Source: Candidatus Levybacteria bacterium RIFCSPLOWO2_02_FULL_37_18
GTDB taxonomy: Bacteria; Patescibacteriota; Microgenomatia; Levybacterales; UBA12049
Reading direction: 5' to 3'
Assembly: GCA_001784115.1 (NCBI GenBank)
Contig: MFPD01000011.1
Location: forward strand, 28,869-92,868
DNA: 64,000 bases
Position numbers and translations under genes: made by a program. The notes under the pieces are model-generated. The model saw only the letters and a program-made list of their open reading frames with translations. It was not told the origin of the DNA and ran no database searches. Positions 8,665-18,357 of the stretch are shown here, one piece after another (position 1 is the first letter of the stretch; each line of letters starts with the position of its first letter).

Positions 8665-11010
8665 ATGCCTATTTCCCTGCCTTTTTTCAAAAAAAAAGAA
8701 GAGCCTAAATACTTTTTAGTACTGCTTTTAAGAGGAGAAAAAGTCCACGCCGTACTCCTTGAGGAATTGGATGGGAAAATAAAAATACTCGAAAAATCCC
8801 AAGAGTTTTTTCAAAGTTCAATTGAAGACACAAGCGAAGAAGAATTATTAACAGTACTCGATAAAGCCATAACCAATGTAGAATCCACTCTTCCTCTTGA
8901 TTTCCCTACTCACCAAACTGTTTTTGGAGTAAAAGAAAACTGGGTGCTTGATGGGAAAATAAAAAAACAATACCTTAGCAAACTTAAAAGAATCTGCGAT
9001 GAATTAGGTCTTGCTCCAATTGGATTTTTAGTTATCCACGAAGCAATCGGACACTTGATGAAAAAAGAGGAAGGAGCACCTGTATCAACACTTCTAGTTG
9101 AAACCGGTAAGCGATCTTTAATTGTTTCTTTAATAAAAGCAGGAAGAATACTCGAAACAAAAAGCGCTCCGGTTAAAGGATCATATGCTTATACCGTAGA
9201 TACACTTTTAAAAGAATTTGCTACAAGCGAAATCTTGCCTTCTCGAATTACTATTTTTAACGACGACAAAAATGAAGATGTGCTAATGCAGGAATTTATC
9301 GGACACACATGGAGCAAAAGCCTTCCTTTCTTACATGTTCCTCAAATTACAACTCTTTCTAAAGATTTTGGCATATATGCAATTATAACTGCCTCTGCTC
9401 AGCAAATGGGCTTTGAGGTTTTAGAAACAGAAAATGAAGTTGAAATCCACCAACAACTAGAGACTGCAGAGGTTCGTAAACCAGCAATAGAATCAGAAAA
9501 AGAAACCGAAGGCTACCAACCACAAAATGAGGTTCAAAGTGTTAAGGAAAGCCAAAGTTTAGAACGAGAACAAGCAGAAGAGATAGAAAAAGGAGAACAA
9601 GCAGACAACAAAGAAGCTTTATATCCGAAAGAGGACGTATTCCAAAAATTCGGATTCTACAAAGACACAGACATCGCTAAAATTTCAAAAGAAGAAGTTA
9701 TTCCACCCGAACCAATGGCGTCTCAAGAAGAATCATCTGCGCATAAACAATCCTCAAATTCATTTTTATACACGGCCATTTTAATACTCTCAAAAGGAAA
9801 ACACGTTCTTTCTCATACATTTCATACGCATATTAAACATCGTATAAAAAAACCCCGTATTTCTTTTACCATGCCTAAGGGAAAATTTGTTTTGCCGGTA
9901 TTCATAACAATTCTTTTGTTACTAGGAGCAATCCTATTGTATATTTTTGGTATAAAAGCGATTGTCACCTTGACAATCGAACCAAAAGTTATTAAACAAA
10001 CCCAAGACGTCGTATTCGTAAATACGTCTTCTGACTTCTCTAAGAATACTATTGCTGCTGATTTTATTACCATATCAGAAGAAGGATCGGTATCCGAAAC
10101 TATTACAGGCAAAAGAGAAGTCGGAGAAAAAGCCAAAGGATCGGTTACGTTGTACAGCAGATTTACCCAAGATAAAACTCTTCCTTCTGACACAACAATT
10201 ACTTCTTCAAACGGATTGCAGTTTGTATTTGATGATGATACAAAGCTTGCTTCAGCTTCTGCTGGCGCAAGTGCCTCTCCATCAACTACAAAAGCAAATG
10301 TAACGGCAAAACAAATTGGCAAAGAATCTAATCTTCCTTCTGGAACTAAATTTTCTGTTTCATCGTTTGACATATCAGATATAGAGGCAAAAAACGACAG
10401 CGCATTCTCGGGCGGATCGAAAAAAGAAATAACCGCAGTATCAAAAAATGATTTACAAAAAGCTCTAGACGATTTACCAAAACAACTCGAACAAAAAGCC
10501 AAAGAGGACCTTTCTAAAAAGGTATCAAAAGACCAAGCTATTCTTCCTTCCTTTATCTCAACCACTGTGGGTAAAAAAGATTTTGATAAAAAAGAAGGAG
10601 AAGAAGCAAAATCTCTAATACTTAAAGGAACCGTAGACTATAAAGCAATCGCATACAAGAGAAGTGATTTTATTCTTTACGCAACACGTATTCTTTCAAA
10701 CAGCTTTCCCAGCAATTTTTCCATTTCTCAAAATAATCTAAAAGAAACCGTTAAAAGCATTAAGCAAAAAAATGGTTCGGAAGTTTTATCAACCCTGGAA
10801 ATCCAAGCGTTTTTAGTATCTAAATTAGATATGGAAAATATGAAAAAAAACATTACCGGAAAGACGTTTTTGCAAGCAGAGGATCTTTTATTAAAACTTC
10901 CGCAAGTTTCTGATGTAAGAATTATTCTTTCTCCCAATGTGTCATTTTTACCCAAGTTCCTGCCCCGAATTTCTAAGAATATAGAAATTCGGACGAAAGT
11001 AAATGACTAA
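8665..11010 (+). CDS. Bitopic membrane protein: actin/FtsA-like N-region, acidic linker, TM, baseplate-J-like extracellular domain
   Basis: Single TM near aa 410-430; TGKREVGEKAKGSVTLY and AFSGGS motifs typical of this CPR family. Confidence 0.55.
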   Translation: MPISLPFFKKKEEPKYFLVLLLRGEKVHAVLLEELDGKIKILEKSQEFFQSSIEDTSEEELLTVLDKAITNVESTLPLDFPTHQTVFGVKENWVLDGKIKKQYLSKLKRICDELGLAPIGFLVIHEAIGHLMKKEEGAPVSTLLVETGKRSLIVSLIKAGRILETKSAPVKGSYAYTVDTLLKEFATSEILPSRITIFNDDKNEDVLMQEFIGHTWSKSLPFLHVPQITTLSKDFGIYAIITASAQQMGFEVLETENEVEIHQQLETAEVRKPAIESEKETEGYQPQNEVQSVKESQSLEREQAEEIEKGEQADNKEALYPKEDVFQKFGFYKDTDIAKISKEEVIPPEPMASQEESSAHKQSSNSFLYTAILILSKGKHVLSHTFHTHIKHRIKKPRISFTMPKGKFVLPVFITILLLLGAILLYIFGIKAIVTLTIEPKVIKQTQDVVFVNTSSDFSKNTIAADFITISEEGSVSETITGKREVGEKAKGSVTLYSRFTQDKTLPSDTTITSSNGLQFVFDDDTKLASASAGASASPSTTKANVTAKQIGKESNLPSGTKFSVSSFDISDIEAKNDSAFSGGSKKEITAVSKNDLQKALDDLPKQLEQKAKEDLSKKVSKDQAILPSFISTTVGKKDFDKKEGEEAKSLILKGTVDYKAIAYKRSDFILYATRILSNSFPSNFSISQNNLKETVKSIKQKNGSEVLSTLEIQAFLVSKLDMENMKKNITGKTFLQAEDLLLKLPQVSDVRIILSPNVSFLPKFLPRISKNIEIRTKVND

Positions 11011-11704
11011 GCTTTACTATAAAAAATCTAACAAAAAAAATCTAAAGATTATAATCCGTATTGTTTCAATCGGAATATTTCTTGCCGGATTATATGTTCT
11101 TTCGTATGTATTCCTTCCTATATACTCATGGCATATATATTTTGCGCCAGTATTCGCTGCTCAAAATGTAAACTACCCAATTCCTAAATTATTACTTCTT
11201 ACTCCAACAAGTAATACGTCTATTGATACAAAATATCTTGACGCAAAAAATTGGTTTCCTACACTTTCCACGACAGATACTGCTCCAAAAATTTCATCCT
11301 ATACTCTCTCTATTCCAAAACTATCTATTAAAAATGCGCTTGTTTCTACAATTAACAATGATCTCTCAAAACACTTAGTCCATTACCAAGGAACCGCGCT
11401 TCCACCAGACAATGGAAACGCAGTTATTTTTGGTCATTCAACATTGCCGCAATTATTTAATCCAAAAGATTATACAACTATCTTTGCTAGAGCTTATACT
11501 CTTTCTAACTACGATAAAATTATTTTACAAATGCAAGGCATTACCTATACATATAGTATATATAACACGACTGTTGTTAATCCAACTGATACTTCTCCGT
11601 TTAACCAAGACTATGCTTTTAGTCACCTCACGCTTGTTACCTGTACACCTCCAGGAACAACATGGAAACGCTTAATCATAAAGGCAAAAATTGAGAATTT
11701 GTAA
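11003..11704 (+). CDS. Sortase
   Basis: N-terminal TM; IFGHS, TLVTC and KRLII give the His-Cys-Arg triad. Confidence 0.9.
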   Translation: MTKLYYKKSNKKNLKIIIRIVSIGIFLAGLYVLSYVFLPIYSWHIYFAPVFAAQNVNYPIPKLLLLTPTSNTSIDTKYLDAKNWFPTLSTTDTAPKISSYTLSIPKLSIKNALVSTINNDLSKHLVHYQGTALPPDNGNAVIFGHSTLPQLFNPKDYTTIFARAYTLSNYDKIILQMQGITYTYSIYNTTVVNPTDTSPFNQDYAFSHLTLVTCTPPGTTWKRLIIKAKIENL

Positions 11705-11781
11705 AAAATAACTGCTAAAAGCAAGGAAACGATATTTGACATCAATGCGAAAATACTATTAAATATACAAATAATTTTTGT

Positions 11782-13104
11782 ATGACCACACAAAGTTCTT
11801 CTAAGAAGGTATGGCCAACACAAAAACCTACTCTTGAAGTCCAAATCGCATTAAACGCAATCAGAAAAAAACTAGTTGGAAAAAGTTTAAGCTACAAAGA
11901 AATCTATGCCATTATGGATTCTATTTCTCACAAACGCTTAGGGGATGTTTTAACAACATATTTTGCCGCCTCAGGTTACTCGACCGGATTTAATAACCAA
12001 GAATTATTTTATCTAACGAAAGCAATGGTTGAAACCGGAGAGCGTCTCCATTTTAAAGGAATCGTCGCAGACAAACATTCAATCGGAGGAATCCCCGGGA
12101 CACGAACAACACTTGTTGTTATCCCTATTATTGCCGCTGCTGGTTTTACAATTCCTAAAAGTTCTTCAAGAGCTATCACAACTCCAGGCGGAACCGCAGA
12201 TGATATGGAGGTTTTAGCACCCGTTGAATTTAGTAAATCCCAGATTTATGACATAGTTAAAAAAACAAACGGCTGTATTGTATGGGGTGGAAGTTTTCAT
12301 ATTGCTCCAGCTGATGATATTATTATCCGAGTTGAAGAGCCTCTTCTATTTGAAAGTTACGATAAAATATTAGTTTCCATTATGGCAAAAAAAATTGCTT
12401 TCGGGTCTAATCATGTCGTAATTGACATTCCATACGGACAATCCGTAAAAGTACACAGACTTAAAGATGCTCAACTTTTAAAAGAAAAATTTGAATTTTT
12501 AGCAGAAAAATTTCATATAAAAATTCGCTGTATTGTCCATAGAACAGACGAACCAACAGGTTGTGGTATTGGTCCAATTCTTGAAACACGCGAATCTTTA
12601 AGAGTCTTAGAACAAAAACCAAATCGACCATTGGATCTGGAAATTCGAAGTTTGAATTTGGCTGGAAACTTATTAGAAATTTGCCTAGAAGATTCTCCTC
12701 AAAAACTACGAAAGACCATAAAAACAGAATATGGAAACGGCATTGGCTGGGCAACGCATCTTTTAAAAATCGGGCTGGCTCTTTCTAAAATGCGAGAAAT
12801 TATAAAAGCCCAAGGAGGGAAAGAGAATATAACAAGCGATGACCTAAAACCAGGAAAACATACATACAAAGTTTACTCTCAAAAAAAGGGAATTGTAAAG
12901 AAAATAAACAGCCATAATGCAACTGTTATTACTAAAACCTTAGGGGCCCCTCATCAAAAAAGAGCTGGAATTTACTTAGAGAAAAAAATAAAAGAACATG
13001 TTGAAAAAGGAGAACTTCTCTATACGCTGTATAGTGATAATGAATTTACTATGGAAGAAGCAAAAAAAACGCTTTCTGAATTCGAAATATTTACAATAGA
13101 ATGA
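11782..13104 (+). CDS. AMP/thymidine phosphorylase family (archaeal-type NMP phosphorylase)
   Basis: DKHSIGGIPG, PKSSSRAITTPGGTADDME, SIMAKK motifs. Confidence 0.9.
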   Translation: MTTQSSSKKVWPTQKPTLEVQIALNAIRKKLVGKSLSYKEIYAIMDSISHKRLGDVLTTYFAASGYSTGFNNQELFYLTKAMVETGERLHFKGIVADKHSIGGIPGTRTTLVVIPIIAAAGFTIPKSSSRAITTPGGTADDMEVLAPVEFSKSQIYDIVKKTNGCIVWGGSFHIAPADDIIIRVEEPLLFESYDKILVSIMAKKIAFGSNHVVIDIPYGQSVKVHRLKDAQLLKEKFEFLAEKFHIKIRCIVHRTDEPTGCGIGPILETRESLRVLEQKPNRPLDLEIRSLNLAGNLLEICLEDSPQKLRKTIKTEYGNGIGWATHLLKIGLALSKMREIIKAQGGKENITSDDLKPGKHTYKVYSQKKGIVKKINSHNATVITKTLGAPHQKRAGIYLEKKIKEHVEKGELLYTLYSDNEFTMEEAKKTLSEFEIFTIE

Positions 13105-14048
13105 GGAAACTGGTAATACTTCTTTTTATTTTTGGAACATTTGTTCTCGGCGGTATCGCTTGGTGGAACAATGCGCTTTCTGCCGTTGACAAAAACAACA
13201 CATCAAAAAAAATTTTTGTTATATATAAAGGACAGGGTGTCAAGACAATTGCAAATAATTTAAAACGCGAAAGTTTTATCAAAGACCCAATTGTTTTTTT
13301 TATATTAGTTAAAAAATTAGGAATCGAAGGAAAAATTCAAGCCGGAGATTTTCGTCTTTCTCCTTCTCAGTCGGCAACTGATATTGCCCAAACCTTAACC
13401 CATGGGACACTCGATGTATGGATAACAATCCCCGAAGGACAAAGAGCAGGTGAAATCGCAGATATTTTAAAAGACAATATTTCTACTTTTGAACCCTCTT
13501 GGAAAATTGAATTAAGTCAGCACGAAGGATACTTATTTCCGGATACCTATTTAATTCCGAAAGATGCTTCTATTTCATTTATTATTTCTCATTTAAAAAA
13601 TAATTTTAATAATCAATATGCAAAAGTTCAAACTTCTGAGAATCAAAAAAAAATTGTCACCATCGCATCTCTTATTGAGCGAGAAGCTAAATTTAAAGAA
13701 GATAGACCCCTTGTTTCTTCTGTTATTCATAATAGGCAAAACCTGAGTATGCCGCTTCAAATCGACGCAACTATTCAGTATATGCTGGGTTATCAATATA
13801 ATGAACATAGATGGTGGAAAAAGAATTTAACAAAAGAAGATTTACAAATTGACTCTCCCTATAATACCTACATTCATCCGGGTCTTCCTCCAACCCCTAT
13901 TGCAAACCCAGGGCTTTCTGCATTACAAGCAGCGGCCCAACCTATAAACACAGATTACTTGTATTATATTTCTGATAAACAAGAACACAATCATTATGCA
14001 AAAACACTTGAAGATCACAATGCAAATATTAAGAAGTATGGACTGTAA
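13101..14048 (+). CDS. mltG: Endolytic transglycosylase MltG
   Basis: TIPEG, EGYLFPDTY, ASLIERE, SPYNTY..GLPPTPIANPG. Confidence 0.95.
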   Translation: MRKLVILLFIFGTFVLGGIAWWNNALSAVDKNNTSKKIFVIYKGQGVKTIANNLKRESFIKDPIVFFILVKKLGIEGKIQAGDFRLSPSQSATDIAQTLTHGTLDVWITIPEGQRAGEIADILKDNISTFEPSWKIELSQHEGYLFPDTYLIPKDASISFIISHLKNNFNNQYAKVQTSENQKKIVTIASLIEREAKFKEDRPLVSSVIHNRQNLSMPLQIDATIQYMLGYQYNEHRWWKKNLTKEDLQIDSPYNTYIHPGLPPTPIANPGLSALQAAAQPINTDYLYYISDKQEHNHYAKTLEDHNANIKKYGL

Positions 14049-14053
14049 AAAAC

Positions 14054-14123
14054 TGTCATTGCGAGGAACTTATGTTCCGAAGCAATCTCTAATTGAGACT
14101 GCTTCGCTCCGCTCGCAGTGACA
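14054..14123. repeat. REP/RPE-like palindromic element between convergent genes
   Basis: TGTCATTGCGAG...CGAAGCAATCTC..GAGACTGCTTCG...CTCGCAGTGACA. Confidence 0.8.
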
Positions 14124-14134
14124 AGTTTTAAACA

Positions 14135-14560
14135 TTAATTGATCCGTCTTTTAGGCACTCCGCGGAAGAATCGTTTGGTTTTTTTCTCAAAATTTTCAGT
14201 TACTTTTGCTGCTGTCTCTGCGACATCAGCAGCGTTTGACGCGGCTTTTGCTGCTGTTTGGGCTAATCCACTTACTTTAGAAAGACTTGTTGTGGTAATT
14301 TTTTCAATCGCCGATTCAACCTGCGGTATTGTTTCTTTTACTTTCGAACGAATAACTTGTGATGGTTTAACTTCATCCTCAAGTAAAAAATCCTCCAAGT
14401 CAGAAATTCCTTCGATGCCTTCTTCTGTTAATGTTTTTAACAACCGTTTGCCTTTTTTTGTGCCGAATAAAAATACTCCCACTCCTCCTAAAATAGCTCC
14501 CAATAAAAATCCATTGCCAAATGCGTTTGAATTATGATTGTCGTGATTATTATTACTCAT
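14135..14560 (-). CDS. YtxH-like membrane-anchored protein
   Basis: GFLLGAILGGVGVFLFGTKKGKR N-terminal motif. Confidence 0.7.
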   Translation of the reverse strand: MSNNNHDNHNSNAFGNGFLLGAILGGVGVFLFGTKKGKRLLKTLTEEGIEGISDLEDFLLEDEVKPSQVIRSKVKETIPQVESAIEKITTTSLSKVSGLAQTAAKAASNAADVAETAAKVTENFEKKTKRFFRGVPKRRIN

Positions 14561-14831
14561 GTTTTGATTTACCTGCCTTTCTTTTAAAAAAACGCGCTAG
14601 TAAATTTCCTACTTTTACTCCTTCAGAAAGAGCTGAAAATGAAAATAAAGAAGATAAAGGGGAAGAAACTGTCTGGGAAATTACTCCGGCATCGTCTAAT
14701 ATTTTATTTGCTTTTTTTACTGTTCTTCGTAATTCCCGAAGTATTAAAAATACCTGAACACCTAAAATAGCCAAAAGGATTGTGAGTACTGAAATAACTA
14801 TCAAAAGTATAATCTGAGCAGCATCCGCCAT
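14553..14831 (-). CDS. Small membrane protein (YoxC/DUF948-like)
   Basis: N-terminal TM plus LRRTVKKANKILDD coiled segment; overlaps the YtxH-like gene. Confidence 0.65.
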   Translation of the reverse strand: MADAAQIILLIVISVLTILLAILGVQVFLILRELRRTVKKANKILDDAGVISQTVSSPLSSLFSFSALSEGVKVGNLLARFFKRKAGKSKHE

Positions 14832-14916
14832 AGCAGTATTACACTAGCAAAAAATCCACCCCTCGTCAATCCGATCTATCTATAATTTTCCAGTACATCT
14901 TTACAGCTTTTTCTAT

Positions 14917-15948
14917 CTATTCAAGAGGTATGTATTCATTGGCTGAATGAATTACCTCCTTTACACCTGGTCCTAAAACAACTGCTTCGATTCCATGTTG
15001 AGCAAAAAATACTTGATCTGTTGACCCAAGAGAAGTTGTAATAGATAGTTTTGGAAAAAACTTTTTCATTTTCTTTACGACTTCATTGTTACTAGAAATA
15101 TATATTGGTTCAATTGGATTTTTTAGAAATGAGGTGATAATTTCTTCTCCTACTGTTTTTTTAAGTAACTCTAATAATTTTCCGTGAAGCTTCGGGGTTG
15201 TTCTTATATCAAGAGTTACAAAACAAGCGCTTGGAATTTTGTTAATTGATTCACCAGATGTATAAATACCGGTAATATTAAGACTTGGTTCTCCTAATAT
15301 ATAATCCTCAAATTCTATCTGCCAATTCTTAAACTCTTTTTTTATTTTTCCTAGTGTGGCTAAAAATTTTTCAATAGCATTATCAGAAAAATCATGTTGT
15401 TTTGCTCCGTGACCAGCTTTTCCCAATGCTTGAATTTTGATAAACGCATTTCCTCTATGACCAATTTCTATAGAAGAAAGATTAGTCGGTTCTCCAACAA
15501 TCGCAAAAATTTTCTCATACTGTCATACTGTTTAAAGTATTTAGTTTTTTTAAACCACCTCAAAAAAATTTTGTGTTCCCAAACCATCAGTTTCTTCATT
15601 ACAAACAAATGTAAACCAAACATCAAGTGGAGAATTTTGTAAAGATTTTGCTAAAAGAAGCATTGCTGCGATTGCTCCTTTATTATCACTTGCTCCCAAT
15701 CCATACAGTTTTCCATCAAAAATTTTTCTTTCTAACGAACTACCTTCTATAGTATCCATGTGCGCATTAAAAATAATGCACTTGTTTTTATTTTTTCCTT
15801 TGAAACAAATTACTACATTTCCATGTAGAAGTTTTGCTGGAATATTATTTTGTTTACAAAAATTCAAAATAAAATTTGTGAGCTTTTTTTCCTGTCCAGA
15901 AGGAGAATAGATTTGAACCAGATTCTGTAAAAGTTTTTCAGGATTCAT
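14917..15948 (-). pseudogene. M20 family ArgE/DapE-like deacylase, frameshifted
   Basis: NAHMDT, GLGASDNKG, NEE, VGEPT, GKAGHG, HSANE; +1 in A-run 15562-15568 and 8-bp duplication TCATACTG 15515-15530. Confidence 0.85.
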
Positions 15949-15949
15949 A

Positions 15950-16190
15950 GTGTTCTCCTTTTCCGCCAAAAAGTTTTTCACTTTCTTTTTTTGTTTTCAA
16001 TTTTGCATCAGTTATTCTTCTAATGTTAAAGTGCGTCCAATCGCTATATTTTTTTACGAGGATTTTTTTGAACGATTTCTTGTTTGAAAAGCATTAGTAT
16101 ATGAACCTTCGTTACCCATAAATCATACAAAACCAATTTCTGGTCTAATTCTTTTTGCTTTTCCGAAATAATAAAATGATCCGTGTTCAT
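15950..16190 (-). pseudogene. Argininosuccinate lyase (ArgH)-like remnant, largely deleted
   Basis: 48-codon ORF from 16190: ELDQKLVLYDLWVTKVHILMLFKQEI resembles the ArgH N-terminus; lies between argF' and argE-like genes. Confidence 0.5.
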
Positions 16191-16191
16191 A

Positions 16192-17000
16192 CTATTTTTT
16201 TTGCATTAAATATAACAGTATTGCCATTTGTGCCCACATCCTATTTTCTGCCTGATCTAAGACAATTGAATTCTTACTATCCAAAACTTCATCAGTAACT
16301 TCAACATTTCTTCTTACTGGCAAACAGTGCATAAAATATGCATTATTCGTTAGTTTCATTTTTTTAGAATCAACAATCCAATTTTTTAATCCTTCTCTGA
16401 TTTTTTTCTCTCTTTCCCAATTTCCGTAATAAGACAAAGCTCCCCAACTTTTAGCACATACCACCTCTGCATCTTTAAAACTTTCTTCCATATTATTTGA
16501 AAATGACAATCTTCCTTCTGCTTCTTGTGATCTTTTTTTCATTGTTTTAACAGTTTCCTCATCTAATTCCCACCCTTTAGGATAAGTAACTGTTACGTCC
16601 ATCCCTAAATCACATGCAGATAAAATTTGAGAATTCGGTGTTGCAATCGGTAATGCTTTCGGATGATAAACCCATGTAAGCACACATTTTTTATTTTTTT
16701 GCATTACCAAGTTTTTCTTTAATTGTCATAGCATCACCCAATCCTTGACATGGATGAAACACGTTAGACTCCATATTAATTACTGGAACTGAGGAATATT
16801 TCATGAATGATTTTACAACAGTATCTTTTTTTAATTCTTCCCAAGCTTTAACATTCACACTCTCAGTTGAACTTGTAATTAATTCGCTTGATCTTATTGC
16901 CAATCCATCACAGTATCTAGATAAAACACCAGATGCTTCTTTTACATGCTCAATGGTATTCTTATTCATAGCTACGCCGTCATTAAATTCAAAAGTATAA
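16192..17000 (-). pseudogene. N-acetyl/N-succinylornithine carbamoyltransferase (ArgF'), 5'-truncated and frameshifted
   Basis: EHVKEASGVLSRYCD, HPCQGLGD, LTWVYHPKAL, HCLPVRRN, QAENR; frameshift at T-run 16694-16700. Confidence 0.9.
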
Positions 17001-17490
17001 CTACCATCCCAGGCATTGAGCCAATGATTGCATCTGCAATTTTAGGAGAGATTGGGGACATTAAAAGATTTCCCAATGTTCCATCTCTAATTGCTTATGC
17101 AGGACTGGACCCCACTACCTTTGAATCGGGAAGCAGCATCACAAAACACAGGAAGCTTTCTAAGAAAGGCTCTAAGTATTTAAGAACTGCACTATGGCAG
17201 GGTACTGTTTACTCTTTGGTACATAATCCCAACTTAAAAGCATTCTATGACAAGAAGCTCTCTGAGGGAAAACCAAAACAAGTAGCTTTAGGTGCTGTGA
17301 CCAACAAACTTACCAGGATTATTTATGGCATCCTAAGATCTGGTCAAGATTATCAACTAGATTTTAGTTAGATCCAATATCTTGTTAAAGTGCTAAATCT
17401 TTACTCCTTAAATTGGAGTAAATTGTTAGTGTCTTTTTTAGTACTCATACTGCTATCCATTTTTGATACTTGACATTTTATAGCTAGTCT
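16990..17490 (+). mobile_element. IS110-family remnant: C-terminal transposase domain (stop 17371) plus right end
   Basis: TIPGI, AILGEIGDIKRF, AYAGLDP..ESG, LSKKGSKYLRTAL; right end TTGACA...GCTAGTCT. Confidence 0.88.
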
Positions 17491-17542
17491 TTGAACCACT
17501 ATTCTAGTTCAAGAGTGTAACCGATGTATCTCATCTTCTGCA

Positions 17543-17598
17543 TGTCATTCAAACTCGATTCAGAATTTCTAAGATCCTGAAATAAACTCAGGATGACA
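17543..17598. repeat. REP-like palindromic element
   Basis: TGTCATTC...TTCAGAAT..GATCCTGAAATAAACTCAGGATGACA; same family as 6581-6663. Confidence 0.75.
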
Positions 17599-17606
17599 AG
17601 AAGTAT

Positions 17607-18239
17607 TTACTTTACCTCCACGTGTCTCTCGATTTTTGTTTCTTTGCCGAATCGATTTACAGCCCGAATTACGATTATTGACTTACCTAAGAATACGTCA
17701 ACTGTTTTTTTAAACATTCCCTTTTCTTCCAAAAATACAGCATTATTATTAATATACACTGTTACATTGGAATCTGTTTTGCCAATAATTTGCACAGATG
17801 AACCGTTAAGCACTACTCCTTCTTTTGGACTTGTTACTTCAAGCGGTGGAGCTAAAAATGCGTACCGATTTTGATAAAAAATATAAGTTACCAACAATAG
17901 TAACAATATAACAATAGTAACAATTGTCCGACTTAACCTTGTTCTATGAATAGAAAAATCCTGTCTTCCTACAAGACCTTCAGGTAAAACTCTATATATT
18001 TTTTCTTCATCAAATTCCCTTCTAAAAAGAGCCATGGTTTCTTTTTCCGGAAGTCCAAGATATTCAATATAATTACGAACAAATCCCTGGGCGTATGCTC
18101 GTGACGGAAGTTTGTTATATTCCCCTTTTTCTATTGCGGAAAGAAATTGAGGTTTAATTTTTATTGCCTTTGATACATCTTCCAAGGTTAAACCTTTTTT
18201 ACTGCGTGCGTCAAAAAGAATCTGACCAACATGAATCAT
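17607..18239 (-). CDS. RodZ-like HTH membrane protein with C-terminal Ig-like domain
   Basis: LTLEDVSKAIKIKPQFLSAIEKG, YAQGFVRNY, one TM; downstream of ftsK; start moved to ATG 18239. Confidence 0.8.
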   Translation of the reverse strand: MIHVGQILFDARSKKGLTLEDVSKAIKIKPQFLSAIEKGEYNKLPSRAYAQGFVRNYIEYLGLPEKETMALFRREFDEEKIYRVLPEGLVGRQDFSIHRTRLSRTIVTIVILLLLLVTYIFYQNRYAFLAPPLEVTSPKEGVVLNGSSVQIIGKTDSNVTVYINNNAVFLEEKGMFKKTVDVFLGKSIIVIRAVNRFGKETKIERHVEVK

Positions 18240-18240
18240 A

Positions 18241-18356
18241 AATTCAAAAATCAAAAGGCAAAATTTCAATTCAAAATGCAAAAGTAAAGATTGTTTAGAA
18301 CTGGATTTTGACTTTTTACTTTCACTTCTGAATTTTGACCTTTGACTTTTGACTTA
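18241..18356. repeat. Degenerate heptamer array forming an imperfect inverted repeat
   Basis: TCAAAAN units followed by NTTTTGA units. Confidence 0.75.
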
Positions 18357-18357
18357 A

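Noticed and set aside
8665-11010. Prophage, suggested by the baseplate-like domain
   Set aside because: No other phage genes; the gene is embedded among housekeeping genes and has a TM anchor.
15515-16700. Programmed frameshifting or phase variation in the arg genes
   Set aside because: Several independent lesions plus deletions point to decay; sequencing error cannot be fully excluded.
16946-16990. Apparent start of the IS110 ORF at 16946
   Set aside because: This stretch is the antisense of argF'; the transposase is 5'-truncated.
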